Shown here piece after piece: positions 40,623 to 51,385 of a stretch of 64,000 bases of DNA. The notes under the pieces were generated by a model that saw only the letters and a list, made by a program, of their open reading frames with translations, was not told where the DNA came from and did not search any database. The translations under genes were made by a program, and so were the position numbers. Origin of the DNA: Methanobacteriota archaeon (GTDB lineage Archaea; Halobacteriota; Bog-38; Methanoflorentales; Methanoflorentaceae); assembly GCA_963720465.1 (NCBI GenBank), contig OY970393.1, forward strand, positions 800,001 to 864,000. The letters run 5' to 3'. Within the stretch, counting starts at the first letter, position 1; each line of letters begins with the position of its first letter.

Positions 40623-41156
40623 TTACTTTGGAAAGTACTTTGCGATATCTCGATCGACCGCTTCAGTAATGCCTGCGTAGCGGTCAATGAGCTCTGTCAG
40701 CTCTTTGACTTTTGACTCGTATCCTTCTTTTTCTTTTAAGAGGCTCTTTTGGTGCCGATCTCGAGCGTAGGCAATGTGTAAGAAGGCAGTTTGTTGGTCA
40801 AGAGACAATGCAGCGCGATACTCCCGCGTGGCAACATCAATATTGCCCTGTTGCTCATAGACAACGCCTAAGCCGCTGTGTGCAATAACATCGTCAGGAG
40901 CAGCTTTTAGCGCTTTTCGGTAACAATCTATCGCGCTTTCGAGCTCTCCTGACTCGTCGAGTGCAGCCCCAAGTCCGGTCAATGCCGTAGGATCGCTCGG
41001 GTCTAGTTTAAGCGCTTCGCGATACATCTGAATCGCCGCGCCTATGTCGTCGCTGTTCAAGCGGTCAATCGCTTGCGCTATGTAATTGTCGACTGAAGCC
41101 ATGAGCGAGAAGTGCTCTGCTGACTTATAAAGCCCTTTCGTATGCGCCTGAGTCAA
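40623..41156 (-). CDS. Tetratricopeptide repeat protein
   Basis: YREALKLDPSD, AHSGLGVVYEQQG. Confidence 0.85.
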   Translation of the reverse strand: MTQAHTKGLYKSAEHFSLMASVDNYIAQAIDRLNSDDIGAAIQMYREALKLDPSDPTALTGLGAALDESGELESAIDCYRKALKAAPDDVIAHSGLGVVYEQQGNIDVATREYRAALSLDQQTAFLHIAYARDRHQKSLLKEKEGYESKVKELTELIDRYAGITEAVDRDIAKYFPK

Positions 41157-41171
41157 CCCCCTCGCGCGATC

Positions 41172-41957
41172 CTAACGGAGCAGTTCCTTAATGTTTTCCG
41201 AAAATACCCGACTCAGAGACGTTTCCGGTAATCCCGCCCGCAGAATCGTCGCTATTTCATCCAGTTGCGAACCGTAAGGTGTATCAGAGCCAAACAACAC
41301 CCTGGTATCCCCAATAACCTGAACGGCTTTGGCAATGCACGAGGCAAGCATAACGCGAGAGGTCTCTAAGTAAACGTTGTCGTTGCTGCACGCGACCTGA
41401 ATGGCTTCTTCGACGCCGGTTGGCGTACAAACTTCGGAGCAACCCATGTGGCCCATAATAATCGAGAGCTCGGGAAAGCTTTGCGCCACTTGAGCAATCA
41501 TAGGTGGAATCGGATCGTATGCGTAGCCAGAATGAAACAGTATCGGTACATGGAGCCCTACACACGCCTCAAGTAGAGGAAGCGTTTGCTCATCGGATGG
41601 ATTGAACAGCTGGCTGCGCGGATGGAGTTTCAACCCTTTCAATCCAAGCTGCTTGACCGCTCGCTGGACCTCGTCGACTGCGAGTGGATGCTGAGGATCG
41701 GTACGGGCAAATCCGATGAATTTTTCAGGGTGAGCTGCGACGACTTTCGCTATGTAATCATTTGCAGTCGAAAACGCTTTCCCAGGCTTAATCTCGTTGA
41801 ACGGGAAGATTATGCACTTTTGAACGTGCGATTGTTCCATCTTACGCAGAAGGGATTGGGGCAGCTGTGTGACTCCCTCTAAGTCCATGCCTATGTGATT
41901 ATGTGCATCGATTATCGCCCCGTTATACAGAAGCCGTGAGCGGTGTGGTGAGCCCAT
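41172..41957 (-). CDS. Amidohydrolase family (Amidohydro_2) protein
   Basis: IIDAHNH, GLKLHP, ILFHSG, GHMG, LFGSDTP. Confidence 0.92.
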   Translation of the reverse strand: MGSPHRSRLLYNGAIIDAHNHIGMDLEGVTQLPQSLLRKMEQSHVQKCIIFPFNEIKPGKAFSTANDYIAKVVAAHPEKFIGFARTDPQHPLAVDEVQRAVKQLGLKGLKLHPRSQLFNPSDEQTLPLLEACVGLHVPILFHSGYAYDPIPPMIAQVAQSFPELSIIMGHMGCSEVCTPTGVEEAIQVACSNDNVYLETSRVMLASCIAKAVQVIGDTRVLFGSDTPYGSQLDEIATILRAGLPETSLSRVFSENIKELLR

Positions 41958-41990
41958 CTTAGAGCGCGTAGCCATCTGTGCGTGTGCCAT

Positions 41991-42122
41991 CCAATCAAGA
42001 GTCCTATGAAGAGACGCCCTCATAAACCTAGCGTCTTGGGCCGCATAACGGCTCCCGAAGCGCAGGAAAAAAGATATGGAACAATCCAGCGGCCCAAGAT
42101 CGCCGCGAGGGCGGCTTGATGG
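41991..42122. ncRNA. Candidate structured RNA element (nested stems)
   Basis: CCAATCAAG/CTTGATGG, CGCCCTC/GAGGGCG and TCTTGGGCCGC/GCGGCCCAAGA nested in order. Confidence 0.4.
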
Positions 42123-42168
42123 GGTCACTTTCATGCGAGTAAGTAGTCGACACAGCGCTCGAAGCTGT

Positions 42169-44559
42169 TCAGTCGAGCTTGTATCGTTTGAGGCGCAGTG
42201 AGTTTGCGACTACTGATACCGAACTCATCGCCATAGCCGCTGCTGCCAATTCAGGACGTAGAAACCCCAGCGCCGCTATCGGGATACCGATTGAATTGTA
42301 AACAAGCGCCCAGCCGAAGTTCTGACGAATCGTTGTCATCGTCCTTTTTGAGAGCTTAATGCTCGCTACGACGCCGCGCAAGTCAGCTTGCAGCAGTGTG
42401 ATATCTGATGCTTCAATGGCAACATCGGTACCAGTGCCAATTGCGATGCCGATATCAGCCTCAGCGAGCGCAGCTGCGTCGTTGATGCCGTCACCCACCA
42501 TCGCCACGACATTGCCGCCCTCCATAAAACGTGCAATTTCAGTGGTTTTGCCCTGCGGGAGCACTTCAGCGCGCACGCTTCGGATTCCGATCTGAGTTGC
42601 GATTGCAAGCGCGGCCGTTTGATTGTCGCCTGTCAGCATGCCTGATTGGATTCCCATGTCCTGCAGTTCCATAACGACGCCGGCGGCTTCGCCTCGAACT
42701 CTGTCAGCTAGCGCAATGCCTCCTGCTAGCGTACCGTTGACCGCAAGCAGCATGACGGTCTTCCCTTCCGCCTCTAATTCGCGGACCGTGGCACCTTGTT
42801 TGACTTCTATACCGCGCACATCCATGAGCGCCTTGTTGCCAAGGGTAACCTCGTCGCCATTTACCGACGCTGTAACCCCCTGCCCCCCCACAGCTTCAAA
42901 ATCCTTTGGAGGGCTTGATGCTATGCCCATTTCCGCGGCACGACGTAATACTGCTCGCGCGAGTGGATGTTCGGAGCCCCGCTCAGCGCTGGCAGCGAAC
43001 CGCAGGATATCTGCTTCCGACAATGCCGCGTCGCCAAAGACGTTTGTCACGGTAAGAACGCCTTCGGTAAGCGTGCCGGTCTTATCAAACACGATTGTGT
43101 TAATATCTTCGGCACGCTCAAGGTATTCACCCCCCTTGATCAAAATGCCATTTTCGGCACCGAGACCTGTTCCGACCATCACTGCGGTTGGCGTCGCCAG
43201 CCCCAACGCGCACGGACAGGCGATAACAAGTACAGCGATCGTGCGCAAGAGGACATCGTTGGACGGGAGCCCCAAAGAGGTCCATACCGCGAACGTGAGA
43301 AGAGCTGCTGCTACGACGCCCGGAACAAAATAGCTTGCCGCTCGATCTGCAAACCGCTGTATGGGCGCTTTTGACGTTTGTGCCATATCGACAAGCTGGA
43401 TAATCTGTGCTAGCGCGGTGTCTGCCCCGACATTCGTCGCTCTTATTTTCAGCAGTCCTTCACGATTGATCGTTGCACCGATCACTTCATCCCCCGGCTG
43501 TTTATCGACGGGTACAGCTTCGCCGGTAAGTAAAGACTCATCAACGGCAGACTGCCCCTCAACGACGACACCGTCAACCGGAATCTTGTTACCCGGGCGA
43601 ACGAGAACAGTATCACCGACCCGGACTTCATCAGCCGGGACGGACTGCTCCTCCCCCTCAATAATGACGATGGCAAATTCCGGCTTCAGCTGCAAAAGCG
43701 TTCGGATTGCCTCAGACGTGCTGCCCTTCGCGCGAGCTTCAAGATAGCGGCCGAGGAGCACGAACGCGAATATGAACACAGAGGTGTCGAAATACGTGTA
43801 CCCAGGAATGAAAAAGGTGGTCGCCGTGCTGTACGCATATGCAGCGATCGTCCCTAACGAAATAAGAACATCCATATTCGCCCCTCTGTGCGCGACCGAA
43901 ATAATGGCCCTCCGGTAAAATCCATAACCAACGATAATCATGACGGGAGTCGTGACAAAAAACTGGAACACAGGGTTCATAAAGAACACCGGGATGGAAG
44001 CAACGTACGGAGAGAGCATCCCCAACAGTAGAGGTATGCCGAAGGCTATCGTGAAAATGAAGCGATTTCGATACTGTGCGATTTCGCGTTCTCGAGACGC
44101 CCGTTCCCGGTCAAGCCGTGCCGTTTCCGCTGTTCGTGGGACTTCCGTGACGTCATAGCCTGTGTTTCGTATTGTTTGTATGAGCTTGTCAACCGTCACG
44201 GTCGACGGATCATAGTCGATGACCGCCTTGGCAGTTACCGGGTTCACACTCGCATCGATGACGCCTGGAATTTCTTTCAAGGCTTTCTCTATCGCCGTAA
44301 CGCACGAGACGCAGACAATGCCCGCGACTTCAAGTTCTGCCCGCTCCGTGTCTACGTCGTAGCCTACATCTCGTATAGCCTGCACGAGCTGCTTAGCGGC
44401 AACCATATCAGCATCGTACGTTATCGTAGCTTGTCCCAGTGCAAAGTTGACGTTGGCACTTGCAACCCCGCGTTGATCTAGGAGTTGTTTCTCAATCGTG
44501 AGTGCACACATGGTGCACGTCATGCCAAGTATCCTCAAAGTTACAGTGCTCTCGCGCAT
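42169..44559 (-). CDS. copA: Copper-translocating P1B-type ATPase with two HMA domains
   Basis: [40 protein letters not shown]...MAMSS. Confidence 0.95.
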   Translation of the reverse strand: MRESTVTLRILGMTCTMCALTIEKQLLDQRGVASANVNFALGQATITYDADMVAAKQLVQAIRDVGYDVDTERAELEVAGIVCVSCVTAIEKALKEIPGVIDASVNPVTAKAVIDYDPSTVTVDKLIQTIRNTGYDVTEVPRTAETARLDRERASREREIAQYRNRFIFTIAFGIPLLLGMLSPYVASIPVFFMNPVFQFFVTTPVMIIVGYGFYRRAIISVAHRGANMDVLISLGTIAAYAYSTATTFFIPGYTYFDTSVFIFAFVLLGRYLEARAKGSTSEAIRTLLQLKPEFAIVIIEGEEQSVPADEVRVGDTVLVRPGNKIPVDGVVVEGQSAVDESLLTGEAVPVDKQPGDEVIGATINREGLLKIRATNVGADTALAQIIQLVDMAQTSKAPIQRFADRAASYFVPGVVAAALLTFAVWTSLGLPSNDVLLRTIAVLVIACPCALGLATPTAVMVGTGLGAENGILIKGGEYLERAEDINTIVFDKTGTLTEGVLTVTNVFGDAALSEADILRFAASAERGSEHPLARAVLRRAAEMGIASSPPKDFEAVGGQGVTASVNGDEVTLGNKALMDVRGIEVKQGATVRELEAEGKTVMLLAVNGTLAGGIALADRVRGEAAGVVMELQDMGIQSGMLTGDNQTAALAIATQIGIRSVRAEVLPQGKTTEIARFMEGGNVVAMVGDGINDAAALAEADIGIAIGTGTDVAIEASDITLLQADLRGVVASIKLSKRTMTTIRQNFGWALVYNSIGIPIAALGFLRPELAAAAMAMSSVSVVANSLRLKRYKLD

Positions 44560-44818
44560 GTTCTGCCAGACGTTTTCTGCCTTACCAATACGATTTGAAG
44601 TCTATTGAAAGTATCTTGCCGGGCGCACGGCCATTTTCGCTCGCATAATTAGAACTCAGCAGCTGCCGTTAACACGCGCCGCGGACAGCAGCGCCGATCA
44701 CTTAGACGCTGCGACAACCCGTCACACGCTCCTTTCGGTGGCTTTGAAGCAGTCTATGGATCTCCGACGCCGCAACTTTTCTCCATAGAACTTTTGTAAA
44801 TCGAGGCAACCAGCTGAA

Positions 44819-45625
44819 TCACGCTTGGGCGAGATTACTGAGGGCGCCAGCCATGATGATGGCATCGCCGAACGCAGCTCCAGACCGAGAAGTGTCAACA
44901 AACGTGTAGGGGATGCCAAAAAAAGGCGCCCCGTGTCCTTTGCCGCCTCCTAGAAACACGAGCGTGCGAAAAATTAGGTTGCCGCTGACCCCGTCTGGCG
45001 CAACGAGTATGTTCGATGATTCTGTCGCGTCTTCAATGAGAATGTTGTAATTCGTTGCGTCAATGCCGGCGCCGCAGAGCTGCTCAGTTAACGCCTCTGC
45101 GCTTGCAAGTGTCCGATCAACGGCCTCCGTCCTGCCTTTATCCTCAGATCTTCCGCCTGACAAAACACCTACTTTCGGACGCACGTTGAGCTCGGTTAGG
45201 AGCTGTGCTGTCTCCGTGACGAGATGCGCTCGTGCGATGGTTGATGTGCCTTCATCGATACCTACCGGAAGCAAAAAGAATTGCTTACCAGCTGTGGTCG
45301 AGAGCAGCGCCGACCGACATATATCGCGGGCTCCAGTCTGCAGTTTGAGGTATTGCAGCGTCTTTCGTGCACTTGTCGTACCCCTTACAGCTGCGTCAAT
45401 CGCACCATCGACAAGCATTTCGACGAGTTTTCGCTCTGGTTCAGACGTTTTTACGACGTCTCGCCCCGCATTTTCAACATTCCCGACGAGCACAACATCA
45501 GAGAAGCGGACGGCCCTCGTGACTCCGCGCATCAGCCTCGAATTTGCATCTCCGACTCCGATGCCAACTCGGCTCCGCGATTGCGCAGCACAGCGCTCAA
45601 GCTTCCTCAAGATATCGTGCGCCAT
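44819..45625 (-). CDS. mtxX: Methanogenesis marker protein 4 (MtxX)
   Basis: IDAAVRGT, PVGIDEG, VLSGGRSEDKGR, APDGVSGNLIFRTL, FVDTSR. Confidence 0.9.
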   Translation of the reverse strand: MAHDILRKLERCAAQSRSRVGIGVGDANSRLMRGVTRAVRFSDVVLVGNVENAGRDVVKTSEPERKLVEMLVDGAIDAAVRGTTSARKTLQYLKLQTGARDICRSALLSTTAGKQFFLLPVGIDEGTSTIARAHLVTETAQLLTELNVRPKVGVLSGGRSEDKGRTEAVDRTLASAEALTEQLCGAGIDATNYNILIEDATESSNILVAPDGVSGNLIFRTLVFLGGGKGHGAPFFGIPYTFVDTSRSGAAFGDAIIMAGALSNLAQA

Positions 45626-45786
45626 CGTTACACCCTAACAATAGCTTCTTTGTATTGCATGAGCGCCGATAGGCTGATAAATCCTTTTCTATCGCTCCGC
45701 TACGAAGGCCGTCGCAGCGAAAAGCGGACAATACGTATATAAGGCAAGGCCGCAAATCTTGGCTAAAACAGGCAAAAGGTGACGGG

Positions 45787-46236
45787 ATGCGCATCGATGA
45801 CATAAATAAGAAGATTTTGTACTTGCTCCAAAAAGACGCTCGCATGACGTATAAGGACATTGCAAGAGCTCTCAACCGATCAGAATCTACGATACGTGAT
45901 CGTATCTCCATCATGGAAGACGAGGGCGTGATCAAGGGTTACTCCGCTGTGATAAACAAGGAGAAAGTTGGACTCAACTGCAATGCCCGCACGTTTGCAA
46001 AAATCGATCCGAAAAATCTGGACGCCTGTATTAAGGAGCTTCAAAAGGTAGAATCGGTGTATCAAATCAACCAGATTTCAGGCGACCACAACCTAGAATT
46101 CTCAATCGCCGCAACGGATTACGACCACTTGCGGAGCATATTGAAAGAACAGATATCACAGTTAGGGATCAACGACCTAACGATCAATATCATTATGAAT
46201 TCGGTCAAAGAAGAGGGGCCAATACAAATCCCGTAA
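45787..46236 (+). CDS. Lrp/AsnC family transcriptional regulator
   Basis: DDINKKILYLLQKDARMTYKDIA...EDEGVIKGY. Confidence 0.93.
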   Translation: MRIDDINKKILYLLQKDARMTYKDIARALNRSESTIRDRISIMEDEGVIKGYSAVINKEKVGLNCNARTFAKIDPKNLDACIKELQKVESVYQINQISGDHNLEFSIAATDYDHLRSILKEQISQLGINDLTINIIMNSVKEEGPIQIP

Positions 46237-46293
46237 GCTACGGAGCCTTCAAAAAGCTTCCCACCAACTTTTTTGACGGCGCCGACGAACGCT

Positions 46294-48042
46294 TCAGGAG
46301 GACGTCCTATCAAATCCGTGCACAAGCATCCCACGCAAGACGTCCGCTAGGGATTCAATGGAGCTCCGCACCTGTTTTGTCGTGTCTCTGTCCCTGATGG
46401 TCACCGTAGAATTTTCGGTAGTTTCGTGATCGATAGTAACTGCGAACGGTGTTCCGATCTCGTCTTGTCTTCGATACCGTCGCCCAATCGTGCCTGAGTC
46501 GTCGTACTCGACCAAAAGACCCGCACGTCGAAGGAGGCGAAAGACCTCAAAAGCTTTTTCGTTCAGCGCTTTCACCAAGGGAAATACCGCTACTTCGATA
46601 GGAGCTATATCAGGCGATAACCGCAGCACGATTCGCCTTTCGCCGTCGATTGTGTCTTCATCGTAAGCGTGTTCAAGAATAGTGTAGATCGATCTGTCGA
46701 TGCCAAACGATGGTTCGATAACATGTGGGGTCACGAAGTCCCCTGAGATGGACTGTCTAACAGTTTCGATCGCGTAGCCCTCGGGGTCTACGACGTCCCC
46801 GTCGAAAACGATAGGGCCTTCAGTATCATGGATCGTTGAGAGAAAAGCGGCTACCTGTTTTGCTTTGCCCTTATATTTTGGACCCAAATATCCCATGTTT
46901 GGACGAACGACGATCCGCTCCACTTCTTTAGGTTCTTCATAAGGCACCAAAACTGCCATTTGGAGGCCACTTTGCCGCTCATGTTGTTTCAGATCGTAGT
47001 CCGTTCGGTCTGCGATTCCTGCAAGCTCAATCCAGCCGTGTTGCGTAAGTCCCTCCGCATCCCAGCAGTCAACCGCATAATGTGCCATCTCATCGGGCAA
47101 GTGCTGTCTGAACCTCAGTCGCGATTCCCGCACGCCCACGCGGGTAAAAAACTCCTGGCAGCGGGCGATGTGGTAGGCCAAATACTCGTGCGCGATGATG
47201 TTTCGTTCGCACGCAGCTTTGACTGAAGCCGTGCCTGCGAAATCCTTTGACAGAATATTGATTTCCACGTCAGCTACTTCATCGAACCGAGGATGGTGGT
47301 TCTTTTCGCGTGGATCCACAAACACTTCGACTTCGGCTTGGGTAAATTCTCGTAATCTGATTACGCCTTGACGTGGCGATATTTCGTTTCTGTATGACTT
47401 TCCAATCTGCGCGACGCCAAAAGGCAATCGGTCTCTGTAAAATCTCAGAAGCCTCGGAAAGTCAGCAAAAATCCCTTGTGCTGTTTCAGGTCGAAGGTAC
47501 CCATTTCGCTGGGTCCCCGGCCCTATATGAGTCGTAAACATCAAATTGAAATCGTGCACTTTCCCCAAAGGCCCTCCGCAATCCGGGCACATAATGCCGT
47601 AAGAGTCTATCAGTTCCTGGGTCTTTTCGCTCGATGGCACGCACGCATCGGCAATGTCGGGATCGCAGAGATCGGCAGCGATTCCCCTGCTTTTGAGATA
47701 CTCTGTAACGACGTGATCTGCTCTCAAAGCCGTCTGACAGTTCACACATTCAACGATGAGATCCACGAAGTTTGATAAGTGCCCGGAGGCGAGGAAAACC
47801 TCTTCGACCCCGATAGTGGGCGTTTCAATCGGGAGGGCGCTCTCGCCCACGACAAAGATGTCTCGCCACGCGCTTTCGACTCTGTGTTTTAGCATCGCAC
47901 CAAAAGGGCCGTAATCCCACAGTCCTGCAACCCCTCCATAGATCTCATACGAGGGCCAGAGAAATCCGCGTCTCTTTGCCAACTCCAAGACGCGGCCCTT
48001 TAAGCCATCGATGGAAAGGTCCTGACGTTTGTCAAGCTGCAT
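46294..48042 (-). CDS. glyS: Glycine--tRNA ligase (archaeal/eukaryal alpha2 type)
   Basis: LRPETAQG, RNEISPR, REFTQAE, VIEPSFGIDR, GRRYRRQDEIGTP. Confidence 0.96.
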   Translation of the reverse strand: MQLDKRQDLSIDGLKGRVLELAKRRGFLWPSYEIYGGVAGLWDYGPFGAMLKHRVESAWRDIFVVGESALPIETPTIGVEEVFLASGHLSNFVDLIVECVNCQTALRADHVVTEYLKSRGIAADLCDPDIADACVPSSEKTQELIDSYGIMCPDCGGPLGKVHDFNLMFTTHIGPGTQRNGYLRPETAQGIFADFPRLLRFYRDRLPFGVAQIGKSYRNEISPRQGVIRLREFTQAEVEVFVDPREKNHHPRFDEVADVEINILSKDFAGTASVKAACERNIIAHEYLAYHIARCQEFFTRVGVRESRLRFRQHLPDEMAHYAVDCWDAEGLTQHGWIELAGIADRTDYDLKQHERQSGLQMAVLVPYEEPKEVERIVVRPNMGYLGPKYKGKAKQVAAFLSTIHDTEGPIVFDGDVVDPEGYAIETVRQSISGDFVTPHVIEPSFGIDRSIYTILEHAYDEDTIDGERRIVLRLSPDIAPIEVAVFPLVKALNEKAFEVFRLLRRAGLLVEYDDSGTIGRRYRRQDEIGTPFAVTIDHETTENSTVTIRDRDTTKQVRSSIESLADVLRGMLVHGFDRTSS

Positions 48043-48146
48043 GGCGAATCCTTCTTTGTCTCCATTTGCTTCGCTGGAAACCACGCGCTTTGAGAATCCT
48101 CACTTCGTAATGCTCGCCTTGCCGCCGCGACTGGTGCAGGCTCAGC

Positions 48147-48558
48147 CTACTCGTGGCGCGCATCGCTGGCGAGAAAATCGATTCCACGGATAAGCTGAAT
48201 GATTCGGAGCCCGCGCTCTATGCATTCGAGTTGCATGTGGATTCGCGTTAAGTCCGTTTCCGCTCTCATCTCGATCGCCAAGTTTGATATTACTTCGGTT
48301 ATCACGTCGTCCAAAGGCACACGTTGACGCGTGCTCTCTGATTGCGTCGATTGAACCGCTTTTGTTGAAACCTCCGCGGGGCTTTTTGATGTCTGAATAG
48401 CGTCTTGCATCGCTCTGTACCGTACAAACAGGACACGTCGTCTTGCCTTCAAACTTGAATAGTGGGGACTTACAGACGACGCAGTGATCGGCAAGCATCT
48501 TGCCACCGCGTTCGAGCATCTTTGATATTTGCTCCAGCTCTCGATCATCTAAGGGCAT
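48147..48558 (-). CDS. UPF0148/SSSCA1-family Zn-ribbon protein, frameshifted near 48420
   Basis: GGKMLADHCVVCKSPLF...CPVC; helical C-terminus (ETDLTRIHMQLECIERG) in adjacent frame. Confidence 0.8.
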
Positions 48559-48665
48559 ACGAGTTCTACATAGCGATTATCGTTGAAAAGCTTTGTGAAG
48601 GGCGCCAAACGACTGCCGCGCTCCGCGCGAGCCTCGTACCTGACAGCGCTCACGCTCGCCTATAT

Positions 48666-49412
48666 TCACGTCATAGCAGCGCGACTGAAAACATCAAGGA
48701 GTGCCAGAACGTGGTTGTTTCCTGGATTTAACTTCTCGGCAAGCTTGAGGTCGAAAAGACCCTCGTTGATTTCACCAAGCGCCAGAAAACAGAGACTGCG
48801 CAAAGCGTAGACTGACCAGTTTATACCATGGGCGGAAATACAACGATCAGTAGACGTCAAAGCTGCCGTAACGTCGCCCAGTGCGATCAACGAGATGGCC
48901 TTGTTGTTTGAGATCTCAAACAAGCCGGCTTGAATCGATTCTGCTGCATCAAAGCACTCGATCGCGACGTCGAACTTATCCAGCCTCTGCAACGTGCAGC
49001 CTTTATTGTTGTGCGACTCGACGTTTCGTGAATCGAGTGCGCTAGCTTTGTCAAAACATTCGATGGCCCTTGCATAGCTCCCTAGGAAATAGTTACACAG
49101 TCCCTTCTGATTCCACGCGTGCACGTACGATGGCTCAAGCCTGATGACCTCATCAAATCGCGCAAGACTTTCGAGATATTTGCCCGACAGCGCCAATGCA
49201 TAAGCCTCGCGGTAGACCCAACCGACTCGCCTATCTGACAGTTTCTTGCTTGCGTAGACGTGGGGTGCGGGCCGATGCTTCCTTACAGTAGCGACACTAG
49301 ATACAAGAAAGCACGTGTCACGGGCAATGATTCTGAAATCGATACAGAAGTGCCGTTTAAGATTTCCGATGCCTTGAAAGTCCTCTCGAGGCGGCGTTTG
49401 CATATGGTTCAC
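48666..49412 (-). CDS. Tetratricopeptide repeat protein
   Basis: AWNQKG...AIECFDKA repeats; start uncertain. Confidence 0.8.
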   Translation of the reverse strand: MNHMQTPPREDFQGIGNLKRHFCIDFRIIARDTCFLVSSVATVRKHRPAPHVYASKKLSDRRVGWVYREAYALALSGKYLESLARFDEVIRLEPSYVHAWNQKGLCNYFLGSYARAIECFDKASALDSRNVESHNNKGCTLQRLDKFDVAIECFDAAESIQAGLFEISNNKAISLIALGDVTAALTSTDRCISAHGINWSVYALRSLCFLALGEINEGLFDLKLAEKLNPGNNHVLALLDVFSRAAMT

Positions 49413-49493
49413 GCGCGAGCTGCGATTAGCTATTGCTTTTCGCTTTCTTATGAAGTCCCAAACGACTTTAAAGCCACAAATAGAGACGTCTGG

Positions 49494-49658
49494 TCACGTT
49501 CCGTTCGAAAATACGTCGCCAAAGTCTGAACTCCAATAATCGATGCCCATTTTCTTAAAGTCCTTTTCCGTCATCTTGTGAAGAGGCACGATCAGAGCGG
49601 CATTCATGACATTGCAACCGTTGCACCCGTCGGTACTGGCCTTTCTTGAGCGTGCCAT
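49494..49658 (-). CDS. Small hypothetical protein (possibly frameshifted)
   Basis: AGAGGT RBS; MARSRKASTDGCNGCNVMNAALIVPLHKMTEKDFKKMGIDYWSSDFGDVF. Confidence 0.4.
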   Translation of the reverse strand: MARSRKASTDGCNGCNVMNAALIVPLHKMTEKDFKKMGIDYWSSDFGDVFSNGT

Positions 49659-49671
49659 ATGTTACCTCTGA

Positions 49672-50070
49672 TCAACTAACCACATGCGGGCGATCTCCTA
49701 TCATGAATATGAGCCAATTTTTCGGATCTTTCAAACGAATGAGCTCGTAGACGCCCTCAAGCTTCTTGCCGAGCAGGACGACCTTGATCTTTTCTTCGTT
49801 CTTTTCAAGCAAATAATAATCCCCGGCATCGTATATGCGGACTATCCCGGCGCCATAGTCACCTTCCGCGATCTCTCCCTCGAACCCTATGTAGTTCAAA
49901 TCGTGATCCTCAACCTGCACCGCGAGACGCCTGACTTTCTTCTCGCGAGGAACTTCCTTGGGAATCGCCCAGCTCTTCAATGTTCCATCCATCTCCAAGC
50001 GGAAGTCGTAATGATGGTGCGACGAAAAATGCTCCTGGACGACAAAACGATTGCGCGGATACCGTATCAT
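49672..50070 (-). CDS. Stand-alone LigD 3'-phosphoesterase (PE) domain protein
   Basis: FVVQEH...HYDFRLEMDGTLKSWAIPK...RLAVQVEDH...YGAG. Confidence 0.92.
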   Translation of the reverse strand: MIRYPRNRFVVQEHFSSHHHYDFRLEMDGTLKSWAIPKEVPREKKVRRLAVQVEDHDLNYIGFEGEIAEGDYGAGIVRIYDAGDYYLLEKNEEKIKVVLLGKKLEGVYELIRLKDPKNWLIFMIGDRPHVVS

Positions 50071-50328
50071 ACGCATAAGGGCAATGTGCACTAAACACGT
50101 TGCTGTAAAGAGTCTATTAGTGCAGTAGGCAATAAATGTTGCCTGGCAGCTGCTTCCAACTTTGTGCGCCTCTATAACGCCCCAATAAGCCTCAACACGC
50201 TCGATGTTCTATACCGTTTGCTGAGAGGCCGCGTCGACAGAATGAGCGATTTTACGGCCTTTTGTGAAACAGAAAGCTATAATAACGGACGACGCTAAGG
50301 ACTGCTAAAGAATGTTGGAAGGTTTCAA

Positions 50329-51237
50329 ATGAAGGTAAACGGCGTAAAGATTGACGATACCTACGCAGAGGCATTCCCAGTATATGCCGCGCGTGTTTTA
50401 ATCACAGGCGCAACGACCGCGCTTGCCGAAACTGCCGCAACGGTTGCAACCGGATTTGCCACTTCAGTCATCGGCTGCAGCGCCGAAGCGGGAATTGATC
50501 GCTATGTGCTGCCGGGTGAGACTCCCGATGGCAGACCAGGGGTTATATTTATGGTTGTTCACCCATCGAAGAAACAGATAAAGAGCAACCTTATTGAAAG
50601 GATAGGAGAATGCGTTCTCACCGCAGCAACGACTGCCGTTTTCAACGCGCTGGAATCTGAGGAAACCGTGCCCGTCAAACTCCATTTCTTTGGCGACGGC
50701 TACGAGTATCAGACCACGGTCGGCGGACGAGACGTGTGGGCAATCCCCATACTCGAAGGAGAGTTCATCTGTGAGGAGACTTATGGCGTGCAAAAAGGGG
50801 TCGCAGGGGGCAATTTCTTCATTTACGGCGAAACGCAAGGTTCAGCCCTACTGGCTGCCCAAGCAGCTGTTGGGGCAATTAAATCAGTTGATGGAACCAT
50901 AACCCCATTTCCGGGTGGAATTGTTGCGTCAGGGTCCAAGGTGGGTTGTCCAACGTATTCCACGTTTATGAAAGCTTCTACGCACCACCGACTTGCCCCG
51001 ACCCTCAAAGATAAGATACCAGATTCGTTCGTCCCAGACGGCGTAAAGTCGATTTACGAAATAGTAATATGCGGCCTAAGCGAAGAGGTCATCGCAGAAG
51101 CGATGAAGCGGGGGATGCTTGCCGCGGCGCACGCAAAAGGAATAGTGGAGATCTCAGCAGGCAACTATGGTGGGGAGCTTGGACCGTTCAAGTTCAACCT
51201 TCATGAAATACTGAGCGATTACGCAGATTCAAAATAA
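50329..51237 (+). CDS. ftr: Formylmethanofuran--tetrahydromethanopterin N-formyltransferase
   Basis: NGVKIDDTYAEAF, TPDGRPG, GVAGGNF, FPGGIVASGSKVG, AGNYGG. Confidence 0.97.
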   Translation: MKVNGVKIDDTYAEAFPVYAARVLITGATTALAETAATVATGFATSVIGCSAEAGIDRYVLPGETPDGRPGVIFMVVHPSKKQIKSNLIERIGECVLTAATTAVFNALESEETVPVKLHFFGDGYEYQTTVGGRDVWAIPILEGEFICEETYGVQKGVAGGNFFIYGETQGSALLAAQAAVGAIKSVDGTITPFPGGIVASGSKVGCPTYSTFMKASTHHRLAPTLKDKIPDSFVPDGVKSIYEIVICGLSEEVIAEAMKRGMLAAAHAKGIVEISAGNYGGELGPFKFNLHEILSDYADSK

Positions 51238-51385
51238 TCGCTGCGAGCTCCGTTTGTCAATACCGGCTTGGAAGAGCCTCAGTCTTGGCGGCAACCAAAA
51301 GAGATAAGTATAGTCTCCCTTAACTTACGAAAGATAATGGTTCATGGGAACCACAGATTAGTTCTAAGGTGACAGGTGAAGGAAA

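Noticed and set aside
49494-49496. In-frame TGA linking a small ORF to the downstream TPR ORF (selenocysteine or readthrough)
   Set aside because: No redox motif context or recognisable SECIS; a frameshifted small gene explains it better.
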